DNA of 53,075 bases from Flavobacteriaceae bacterium (GTDB lineage: Bacteria; Bacteroidota; Bacteroidia; Flavobacteriales; Flavobacteriaceae): the NCBI GenBank assembly GCA_036170135.1, contig JAVHOP010000010.1, positions 1 through 53,075 of the forward strand. The letters are read 5' to 3'. The position numbers and the translations under genes are program-made. Each line of letters opens with the position of its first letter. The first letter of the stretch is position 1. The notes beneath the pieces are model-generated. The model was given only the letters and a program-made list of their open reading frames with translations, did no database searches and was not told where the DNA came from. This document shows, one piece after another, positions 1-8,072 of the stretch.

Positions 1-25
1 AATTTAATTTTTTCATAAAAATGAT

Positions 26-57
26 AAAAAAACCTCTTAATAAGAGGTTTTTTTTTT
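26..57. terminator. Bidirectional rho-independent terminator hairpin downstream of the esterase gene
   Basis: AACCTCTT (31-38) pairs with AAGAGGTT (42-49) around a 3-nt loop. An A-run precedes it and a T-run (50-57) follows. Confidence 0.6.
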
Positions 58-162
58 ACAAAGGCGCAAATTGTTAATGAAACACTAAGTCATCTTAAAA
101 AATTCTGAAAAATTTTTAAATCTATGATTATTGATAAATTTTAAGATGGTGTATTTAGCCTA

Positions 163-1125
163 TTATTTTATCAGACCGAAAAATTTGGCAGTCCAATAAG
201 TAGCATGAAAATTTTTATCCACCGCAAATCTAGCCACATTTCCACCTTGCCGTTTTTCTGAGCCGGGATCTACAGCCATAGCGTGACCTAAATTATTAAT
301 TTCGTATTTTACAATAACGGGTCTATTATTTTTGAAATAGGTGGTTTTGGTAATGTCGCTATTTCCATTTAATTCAGGAGCTATTATTGGATCGGTATCT
401 ATTTTATGAATTCCTTTCCATTGCATTTCAATTATTTCGGCATTCTTGATATTCACAAACGGATCATCAATACCATGAAATATAACGACTTTTGGGTATT
501 CTCCCTTATAATTCAGATTATTATTGCTTATGGCAGCCACCCATTCTTCATTTGTTTTTTCAATCTTTCCCTGCATGGCCATATATCCCGTTGCTAAATC
601 AGTCGCGGCTTTAAAAGGAATTCCAGACAAAACAGCGCCTGAATTAAATAAATGAGGATAATTTGCTAATAGCACATTGGTCATGGCGCCACCTGCTGAA
701 AAACCAGAAATGAAAATTTTTGAAATATTAATATTATAATTTTTTATGGCATACTGAATCATTTCCATTATTGTTTCAGATTCTCCATCATTCTTTGAAA
801 CATCAATTTCATTAAACCAGTTAAAACATTTACTCAAATTATTCTCTATTTTTTGCTGTGGATACAATACCATAAAATCATTAGAATCCGCCAACGTATT
901 CCAACCGCTTTGGTCGGCAATTTCACTGGCCGTTTGAGAACAACCATGCAAAACAACAACCAATGGTATTTGCTTGTCAATATTTGTCGGCTTATAAACA
1001 TACATTTCCAAATTTCCTTTGTTGGCACCAAAGTTGGTGAGTTCAAATAAATTATTTTGTGAAATGAGCTGAAAACTCGTCAGCAACAAAAACAATCCAA
1101 TGATGTTTTGAACTTTTTTAATCAT
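163..1125 (-). CDS. Secreted esterase, PHB-depolymerase family (CE1-like / LpqC-type)
   Basis: N-terminal signal peptide MIKKVQNIIGLFLLLTSFQLISQ. Family motifs VVLHGCSQTA...GWN..A, NLSKCFNWF and the nucleophile elbow GFSAGG. Confidence 0.8.
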   Translation of the reverse strand: MIKKVQNIIGLFLLLTSFQLISQNNLFELTNFGANKGNLEMYVYKPTNIDKQIPLVVVLHGCSQTASEIADQSGWNTLADSNDFMVLYPQQKIENNLSKCFNWFNEIDVSKNDGESETIMEMIQYAIKNYNINISKIFISGFSAGGAMTNVLLANYPHLFNSGAVLSGIPFKAATDLATGYMAMQGKIEKTNEEWVAAISNNNLNYKGEYPKVVIFHGIDDPFVNIKNAEIIEMQWKGIHKIDTDPIIAPELNGNSDITKTTYFKNNRPVIVKYEINNLGHAMAVDPGSEKRQGGNVARFAVDKNFHATYWTAKFFGLIK

Positions 1126-1155
1126 TTTTATTTCAATTTAAAAAACAAAAAACAC

Positions 1156-1950
1156 TTATTTTACTAGCCCTCGTGAAATAACGCCTCCAGTAATTTCGAG
1201 CGTTGTTCCGGTAACTGCTTCATTTTGAATAGCGAAAATTAAAGCGTTTACAATTTCATCAATTTTAACCAACCGTCCAATTGTTACGTCTTTAACAATG
1301 CTGTCCAGCACTTCCGGTTTCATTCCCAATAAAAGCGGCGTTTCAACATAACCTGGAGCGATGCCGACAACGCGAATTCCTTTGATGTTTTTTGCGTGAA
1401 ATTCACCCGCCAATATCTTTGGCCACAATGCCACTGAAGCCTTTGTTGAACTATAATTTAGCTGTCCTAATTGTCCTTCTTTGTTAATAGAGGAAATGGT
1501 AAAAAGCACCCCTTCGCATTGGTTATCAATCATTCTGATAGATGCTTCTCTGATGGTCAAAAATGTTCCCAATAAATTTACATTAATCACATCCATAAAT
1601 TGAGAAGTGCTCATTGTTTTAAATACTTTTCCCGTTTCGCGATCTGGGCTAATCATAAATGCATCCCTAAATATTCCTGCGGAAGGCACTACAATATTTA
1701 TGGCACCATAGGTATCTATTGCAACATCCATTAATTTAATGACATCAGCTTCTTGGCTAACATTTGTTTTAACGGAAATAGCCTCTCCACCATTTTTTCT
1801 AATTTCAGCAACTTTGGCATTTAAGCCTTCTTCATTCATGTCTCCAAGAACAATTTTAACGCCTAATTTAGCTAGTTCTACGGCTACTCCTGCACCAATT
1901 CCACTGGCTCCTCCTGTAATTACTGCAACTTTATTTTTTATATTCATCAT
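1156..1950 (-). CDS. Classical short-chain dehydrogenase/reductase (3-hydroxyacyl / 3-oxoacyl type)
   Basis: TGGASGIG Rossmann motif and YSSTK (YxxxK) catalytic motif in 264 aa. The ATGA overlap couples its start to the upstream ligase stop. Confidence 0.85.
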   Translation of the reverse strand: MMNIKNKVAVITGGASGIGAGVAVELAKLGVKIVLGDMNEEGLNAKVAEIRKNGGEAISVKTNVSQEADVIKLMDVAIDTYGAINIVVPSAGIFRDAFMISPDRETGKVFKTMSTSQFMDVINVNLLGTFLTIREASIRMIDNQCEGVLFTISSINKEGQLGQLNYSSTKASVALWPKILAGEFHAKNIKGIRVVGIAPGYVETPLLLGMKPEVLDSIVKDVTIGRLVKIDEIVNALIFAIQNEAVTGTTLEITGGVISRGLVK

Positions 1951-3455
1951 TTGTTTTTTAATAATTTTCTATCAATTTTACCTGTGTCATTTTTAGGAAT
2001 CTCCTTTAGAAATTCGATATATTTTGGGATTTTAAATTTCGCCAATTTGACCTGGCAATAGTCCAATATTTCTTTTTCTGCAAGCGATTTTTCAGCTGTT
2101 ACAATAAATGCTTTGCCTACTTCACCCCATTTTTCATGGGGCACACCAATTACTGCAACCTCCAAAATGCCAGGATGTTCCTGAAGCACACGTTCAATTT
2201 CAGCCGGATAAACATTTTCGCCACCTGATATATACATATTTTTTATGCGATCTACCACAAACAAATAATCTTCATCATCGCGTATAACTATATCACCTGT
2301 ATAAAACCAGCCATCTTTTAAAGATTCTTTAGTTGCTTCCTCATTTTGCCAATAGCCAGGTGAAACCATCGGCCCTTTTAGCAACAATTCTCCTTTTTGA
2401 TTTTTACCGACTTTAGTTCCATTTTCATCAACAATTTTTGTTTGTACATAAAAATTTGGACGGCCAATAGATCCCTTTTTCCGAATGGCATCATCTTGAT
2501 GAAGAGACGTTAAATTAGGACCAACTTCAGTTAAACCATAACCCTGACGAATTAAAACGCCTTGTTTTTTCCATATTTCAATGAGCGGAATTGGCATGGC
2601 TTCACCACCCACAATACAGTACATCAAACTTGAAAAATTAGTTGTTTTAAATGAAGGCTCATCCGACATCATTTTTAACATTGTAGGAACTCCCATAAAC
2701 AAGGTAAACTGTTCTTCTTCAATCAAATTTAAAATTGTTCCAGAACAAAAAGATTTTATGATAACCAAACTTCCGCCGTGGTGAAGCACGGGAGTTACCA
2801 AAACATTCCATCCTCCGGTGTGAAATGGTGGCATACAATTGATGGTTTTTGTATTGGTGTTTATTACCAAACTAATTGCCGTGTTTATGCTGTTCCAAAA
2901 CAACATTTTATGAGTGTAGATGGCTCCTTTTGGAATCCCCGTTGTTCCTGATGTAAATAAGATAAAAATTGGATGGTTTTCATCAACCATATTGATGGGA
3001 AAATCAGCTTTATATTTTTCTTCTTCGAGATTTTTAAGGATTTTAGAAAAATCGGTAATCTCAAAAACCTCACCCAATTTGTTTTTCGAAAATTCCGTTT
3101 GAGAAACCTTTGTCTTGTAAACATTATCGTGTATAAGAATTTTCGGATCTGAAATTTTTATTAAATGATTTAATTCACTCGTGGTTAATCGATAATTTAA
3201 AGGAACTAAAATAACACCCGTTTTTTGTGCAGCCACAAAAAATAAAAGGTATTCCAAACAATTTTCAGCAACAAAAGCAATACGGTCACCCTTTATCAAA
3301 TTCAGCTGTTCTGTTAGATAAAAGGCCAATTTATTGCCTAATGAATTCAACTGTAGATAGCTTAGCATACTCCCCGTTTCATATTCCTTTAAAGCAATTT
3401 TGTGAGGCGAATAAACCGCCCATTTTGCCATCCAATCTTGCTGCCAAACTTCCAT
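1947..3455 (-). CDS. AMP-dependent synthetase/ligase (acyl- or aryl-CoA ligase family)
   Basis: Motifs FTSGTTGIPKG, GYGLTE, FYTGD and GKIDRK. I prefer the ATG at 3455, which sits 7 nt after the upstream TAA and is preceded by GGAGG. The ORF-track start at 3500 is a GTG giving a 38-nt overlap. Confidence 0.85.
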   Translation of the reverse strand: MEVWQQDWMAKWAVYSPHKIALKEYETGSMLSYLQLNSLGNKLAFYLTEQLNLIKGDRIAFVAENCLEYLLFFVAAQKTGVILVPLNYRLTTSELNHLIKISDPKILIHDNVYKTKVSQTEFSKNKLGEVFEITDFSKILKNLEEEKYKADFPINMVDENHPIFILFTSGTTGIPKGAIYTHKMLFWNSINTAISLVINTNTKTINCMPPFHTGGWNVLVTPVLHHGGSLVIIKSFCSGTILNLIEEEQFTLFMGVPTMLKMMSDEPSFKTTNFSSLMYCIVGGEAMPIPLIEIWKKQGVLIRQGYGLTEVGPNLTSLHQDDAIRKKGSIGRPNFYVQTKIVDENGTKVGKNQKGELLLKGPMVSPGYWQNEEATKESLKDGWFYTGDIVIRDDEDYLFVVDRIKNMYISGGENVYPAEIERVLQEHPGILEVAVIGVPHEKWGEVGKAFIVTAEKSLAEKEILDYCQVKLAKFKIPKYIEFLKEIPKNDTGKIDRKLLKNK

Positions 3456-3462
3456 AACCTCC

Positions 3463-4449
3463 TTATAATTTAAAGATTGCTCCCGCAAAAGCCAATCCAC
3501 CCCCAGAGCCTATAAATAATACGGTATCTCCTTCTTTAATTTTATTTTTTTGAATAGCTTCATAATAGGCCATTGGAATACAAGCCGATCCTGTATAGCC
3601 GTAATAATGCATGATGGTCGTTGTTTTATCCATCCCAATGCCTAAAATATCCAACGTTTCTTTGATGCTGTTTATATTTATTTGTGTAATAAAATAATGG
3701 TCAATATCGTGTGGCGTTAAATCAATCTGCTTACACAAATCTATAATCATATTGCTCCAAATAATTGAATTCAGCTCTTTGGGGAATTTTTTAACGAATT
3801 TCAACTGATGATCGCCGTTTTTAATTGAATCTTCTGTTGTTACATTTGCAGTTCCTCCTCCGTAAATGCCCATCCAACTGCTGTATTGGCCTTTTGTTTT
3901 TAATTGCGACGCCAACATTCCGGCACCGCTTTCATCTGATTTTAAAATGACGCCTGAAGCGCCATCAGCAAACAAGGTAACCGTTTTTTTATCGGTTTTA
4001 TTTAGGTGTTTAGACATCGCATAAGCGCCTAACACCAAAATATATTTATAATTTTCATCAGCCTGAATATATTTGGCAGCCACATCCAATGCAGTCACAA
4101 AGCCCGAACAAGCCGAATTTAAATCGAAAGTTCCCGCATTTACTGCCCCCAATCGGTCTTGCACCACAGAAGCTGTTGAAGGTGAAATATATTCCGGCGT
4201 ATCCGTCGATATAATTATTAAATCTAACTCTTCAACTTTTACGTTTGCATTTTTCAAAATTTCGTTCGCGGCGTTTACACATAAATCAGCTGTAGATTCA
4301 TTATCGGCACACCAACGTCTTTCATAAATTTGTACATTTTCACGCAACCAAGTATCTACGTCCTCCTTTAAAATTTCATTGAAATAACTGTTGGGAATTA
4401 CCTTTTTCGGCACATACATTCCTGAACCTATTATTTTTGCATTTCTCAT
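3463..4449 (-). CDS. FabH/KAS III-like thiolase-superfamily protein, apparently lacking the His/Asn decarboxylation residues
   Basis: Collinear with E. coli FabH over 328 aa. The Cys motif FDLNSACSGF is conserved, but FITQININ replaces VPHQANLR and YGYTGSAC replaces HGNTSAAS. Confidence 0.8.
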   Translation of the reverse strand: MRNAKIIGSGMYVPKKVIPNSYFNEILKEDVDTWLRENVQIYERRWCADNESTADLCVNAANEILKNANVKVEELDLIIISTDTPEYISPSTASVVQDRLGAVNAGTFDLNSACSGFVTALDVAAKYIQADENYKYILVLGAYAMSKHLNKTDKKTVTLFADGASGVILKSDESGAGMLASQLKTKGQYSSWMGIYGGGTANVTTEDSIKNGDHQLKFVKKFPKELNSIIWSNMIIDLCKQIDLTPHDIDHYFITQININSIKETLDILGIGMDKTTTIMHYYGYTGSACIPMAYYEAIQKNKIKEGDTVLFIGSGGGLAFAGAIFKL

Positions 4450-4469
4450 ATTTATGTTTTGTAGTTGTA

Positions 4470-5651
4470 TTAACTGCGTTTTAAAATTGAAACCATATTT
4501 GTTGCTCCAGAACCTCCAATATTAAGCACCAAAGCTGCATTGGCATTAGTTACCTGCACGCCAATAGCGTTATCTGTAAGTTGTTTGTGCAACAATGCAT
4601 GCATAGAAACACCGGTTGCGCCAACTGGATGACCTTTTGATTTTAAGCCACCCGATGCATTTACAACACATCTTCCGCCCAAATACACCTCTTTATTCAA
4701 CAAGGCTTCAAATTCATGCCCTTTTTTTGTCAAGCCAATAGCGCTATAAATTAACAATTCCGTAATGGTAAAACAATCGTGAACCTCAGCAATTTGAATA
4801 TCATCAATAGTCATTTTAGCCTGTTGCAAGGCTCTTTTTGTTGCTTCAGCAGCACCATCAAGAAAATAATTGTTTCTTTTGCTTTTCACTATATTTAAAA
4901 AATCACTTGCCGAACTTGTAGCCACTATTTCTACTGAATTATTTGTTTTTTCCGCCGATAAAATTACGGCTGCTGCTCCGTCAGAAATTAGCGAACAATC
5001 GTGCAAACGCAAAGGATAAGCAATCATCGGATTTTTTTCATCCGGCAAATTTAGAAGTTCTTCTTTACTTCGGGATTTTTGCAAATGCGCCAGCGGATTT
5101 TGGCTTCCGAAATGATAAGCTTTTGACGCTATTTCTGCTAAATAATCCTGTAATTGTTCCAAGGAATAGCCATAATGATTCATCCATCCTTTTCCATATT
5201 CGGCAAATAAACCGGGAAATGTATAACCCATAGCGCCTTCTTTTTCCCAGTAGGATGCTTTAGCAAGCACAAGAGAAGTGTTTTTAGTGTCCAAAGAATT
5301 CATCTTTTCAACACCTACCACCAACACTTTTTTTGCTTTGCCCGATTTGATGGCCATTTCAGCCAAATGAATTGCAGAAGTCCCAGAAGCACAGGCATTT
5401 TCTATTCTGTACATTGGTTTAAAACGCAATTCCGGTAAAATATTTACGCCATAAGGTGCTATATGTTCCTGATTGTTAAAGCTTCCACCGCTATAATTTC
5501 CAACAAATACAGCATCGATTTCCTTTATATCAATACTGGCATCTTTAATGGCGCCTTTGGCTGCTTCTTCGTACAAGCTATAAATGGTTTCTTCTTTAAG
5601 ATTCCCAAATTTTGTGTTGTAAGCACCAATAATGTGAATATTTTTATTCAT
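4470..5651 (-). CDS. Thiolase, SCP2/SCP-x type (thiolase-like acetyl-CoA C-acyltransferase)
   Basis: Nucleophile motif ENACASGTSA, EVHDCFT and NASGGLKSKGHPVGATG in 393 aa. Confidence 0.85.
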   Translation of the reverse strand: MNKNIHIIGAYNTKFGNLKEETIYSLYEEAAKGAIKDASIDIKEIDAVFVGNYSGGSFNNQEHIAPYGVNILPELRFKPMYRIENACASGTSAIHLAEMAIKSGKAKKVLVVGVEKMNSLDTKNTSLVLAKASYWEKEGAMGYTFPGLFAEYGKGWMNHYGYSLEQLQDYLAEIASKAYHFGSQNPLAHLQKSRSKEELLNLPDEKNPMIAYPLRLHDCSLISDGAAAVILSAEKTNNSVEIVATSSASDFLNIVKSKRNNYFLDGAAEATKRALQQAKMTIDDIQIAEVHDCFTITELLIYSAIGLTKKGHEFEALLNKEVYLGGRCVVNASGGLKSKGHPVGATGVSMHALLHKQLTDNAIGVQVTNANAALVLNIGGSGATNMVSILKRS

Positions 5652-7152
5652 TTTTTAATATATTTTTGTTGAGTAACCACGCAATAACTAAAGTAGGCAA
5701 AATTACTACAATTATTGATAATGTAGCTGTTACAGAAGGATTAGCGAAAGTAAACCCTGAGTTTGTAAATAGTTCATTTCCATAGAAGTATAACACAAAA
5801 TGGGTAATTACAGCAAGAATTGAAGCTGACCACAATAGTTTTATAGGTGAATTTTTCAACAAAACCCCTACTAACAATGGCGCTAAAGCTGCTAAAACCA
5901 ATCCATAAACCCCAACCTGTCCATAAATACCTAATAATTTAGGTGGATTTATATTAACAGCAAAAACTAAAATAGCAATTACAACAAGGACTACATGACT
6001 CGCCCTAAATGCCAGTTTCATTTTTTGTTCTTGGTTTATTTTCTTTTTACTGAATTTATCGATTAAATTTATAACTAAATCATTTGCAGTGATGGTAGAA
6101 ATGCTAACCAACAAGCCATCTAATGTTGACATTGCTGCCGCTAACAAAACAATGCTGACTAATGTAAAAGTCCAATCTGGGAAAACATTCATTAAATAAA
6201 CAGTCATCACCAAATCTTGTCTAAACTTGCCTGTTGAAGCATCAATTAGTTGATTCGGATCAACTGCAATGTGTGCAAAGAAACCTGCAGAAACTAATAA
6301 TAAGAACAATAATAGAATGATACCGACTACAATAATATAATTTCGAACATCTTTATTTGTTTTTACATATAAAGCTTTTGTTAAAATATGGGGCTGGCAA
6401 ACCAAAGCAGCACCAATAAAAAATCCTGCAACATAGGTTGAAAAGAAATCATTAAACAATTTCCCAGCAGGATTAATAAGTTTTAACAAGTTTGGATCCT
6501 GCTGTGAAATTTGCTCCCAAAATCCAGGATTATGGTTATTCATTATCAACTCGATCCCTGTCCATAATATTGCGACAGATGCAAGAATCATTAAAATACC
6601 TTGAAAAACATTGGTATAAACATGGGCATACGTTCCGCCCAAAAAGACGTAGCCCGTAACAAAAATCAACGTAATTAATAGAGCTGTAATATTGTTTACA
6701 CCAAGCAGTTTTTGCATCACTATAGAAATTCCGCCAACCAACAACACCACAAAAGCAAAAGATAATAAATTAATAAAGGCAAAATACAATGAAAAATTTT
6801 TAGATTGATAGCGTTTTCCAATCCAATCTGGAATGGTTAAAGCTTTCATTTCATCTCCTAATGACCTAAACTTAAATGATAATATAATTAGCATCATCAT
6901 AAATCCTGAATAGGTTCCTAAAACCATACTAATCCATGCCGATAATCCATCTACATAAATAAACCCCGGATTTATAATAAACGTTGCCGCAGATGCTGTA
7001 CTTGCAGCCAGAGTAATTCCAACAACAATTGGCGATAAATCGCCATTTCCTATTGCAAAACTGCTAAAACCATTCGTTTTTTTATAGCCAACCCATCCTA
7101 AATAAGAAGTCCCTATAAAATAAATTGAAAAAAGTGTCCATGCTAATATCAT
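5644..7152 (-). CDS. Sodium:solute symporter (SSS) family transporter
   Basis: 502 aa with about 13 hydrophobic segments and overall resemblance to SSS/ActP/PutP-type permeases. It overlaps both neighbours. Confidence 0.7.
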   Translation of the reverse strand: MILAWTLFSIYFIGTSYLGWVGYKKTNGFSSFAIGNGDLSPIVVGITLAASTASAATFIINPGFIYVDGLSAWISMVLGTYSGFMMMLIILSFKFRSLGDEMKALTIPDWIGKRYQSKNFSLYFAFINLLSFAFVVLLVGGISIVMQKLLGVNNITALLITLIFVTGYVFLGGTYAHVYTNVFQGILMILASVAILWTGIELIMNNHNPGFWEQISQQDPNLLKLINPAGKLFNDFFSTYVAGFFIGAALVCQPHILTKALYVKTNKDVRNYIIVVGIILLLFLLLVSAGFFAHIAVDPNQLIDASTGKFRQDLVMTVYLMNVFPDWTFTLVSIVLLAAAMSTLDGLLVSISTITANDLVINLIDKFSKKKINQEQKMKLAFRASHVVLVVIAILVFAVNINPPKLLGIYGQVGVYGLVLAALAPLLVGVLLKNSPIKLLWSASILAVITHFVLYFYGNELFTNSGFTFANPSVTATLSIIVVILPTLVIAWLLNKNILKNE

Positions 7153-7997
7153 TCTAATTTAATTATAAATTTATTAATTACATTAACGGTCTGTTTTGCC
7201 CCTTCAGAAAACAACATCGTTACATGATTCCCTGCTACTGGGAAATAAGTGCAATTCAACATCATATTTACTGTTTCAACAGCATTTTGTTTTGTTACAA
7301 TAAACTGATCATTAACAAAAGGTTCTGTAGCGTTTATAACAATTGTAGGTTGTTTAATTTGACAGATTAACTTTGTCCAATTAATATTAGAATCTTGAGT
7401 TGCTTCAATGGCTTGTTGGATATGTTCAACCTTTGATCTAGGTTCAATTCCATTTTCAGTCTCGATACAATCAGCTAAGTAAAAATCTTCTATTTTAGAA
7501 TTCCACTGCCCTTTTAAAAATGGTGTATTTTTCATATCAGTTAAATATTCACCATAATTTGTCCAATTTTTATACAACCTTCCTGTTGATGAAGGCTTAA
7601 CCATTTCGATAATTTTTGGATTCATCTTAGCAGCTACATCTATTAAAACGATTTTTAAAAACCTATTTGGAAAATGTGCAGCTAAATAAATAGTTATTAA
7701 TCCTCCAAATGAATGTCCTGCCAAAATTGCATTATCAATTTTTAAAACATCCATTAAACCAATGATGTCAAGTGCATGTTCTTTGATAGTATATCCAGAA
7801 TTAGGCTTATCGCTTAAACCTCGACCACGCAGATCAATAGAAATAACTCTATAATCTTTTATTAAAGCTATATAACTACCAAAAGAATTTGCATTAGCAC
7901 TCAAGCCATGTAATAAAATTAATACTGGTTTAAGATTCTTGTTTTTTTCTAAATAATGAATTCTATTGCCATTAGTTTTAATAAAATACTGCTTCAT
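7149..7997 (-). CDS. Cytoplasmic alpha/beta-fold hydrolase
   Basis: The HG oxyanion motif (LILLHGL), GHSFGG nucleophile elbow and absence of a signal peptide. It resembles the enol-lactonase / dehalogenase / epoxide-hydrolase branch. Confidence 0.8.
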   Translation of the reverse strand: MKQYFIKTNGNRIHYLEKNKNLKPVLILLHGLSANANSFGSYIALIKDYRVISIDLRGRGLSDKPNSGYTIKEHALDIIGLMDVLKIDNAILAGHSFGGLITIYLAAHFPNRFLKIVLIDVAAKMNPKIIEMVKPSSTGRLYKNWTNYGEYLTDMKNTPFLKGQWNSKIEDFYLADCIETENGIEPRSKVEHIQQAIEATQDSNINWTKLICQIKQPTIVINATEPFVNDQFIVTKQNAVETVNMMLNCTYFPVAGNHVTMLFSEGAKQTVNVINKFIIKLE

Positions 7998-8017
7998 ATA
8001 AAATCCTTATTTAAGAA

Positions 8018-8058
8018 AAGCCTAAGAACATAAAACATAATTTAATATTCTTAGGCTT
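8018..8058 (-). terminator. Intra-operon hairpin (partial terminator or processing site) between the TBDR and hydrolase genes
   Basis: Perfect 11-bp stem AAGCCTAAGAA (8018-8028) / TTCTTAGGCTT (8048-8058) with a 19-nt loop. On the minus strand it is followed by TTCTTAAAT, which is only weakly T-rich. Confidence 0.4.
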
Positions 8059-8072
8059 GAGATATTTGTAGG

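Noticed and set aside
91-148. 10-bp inverted repeat CATCTTAAAA / TTTTAAGATG separated by 38 nt, downstream of the esterase gene.
   Set aside because: It is an AT-only stem with a very long loop, which can be expected by chance in this composition. The better terminator is at 26-57.
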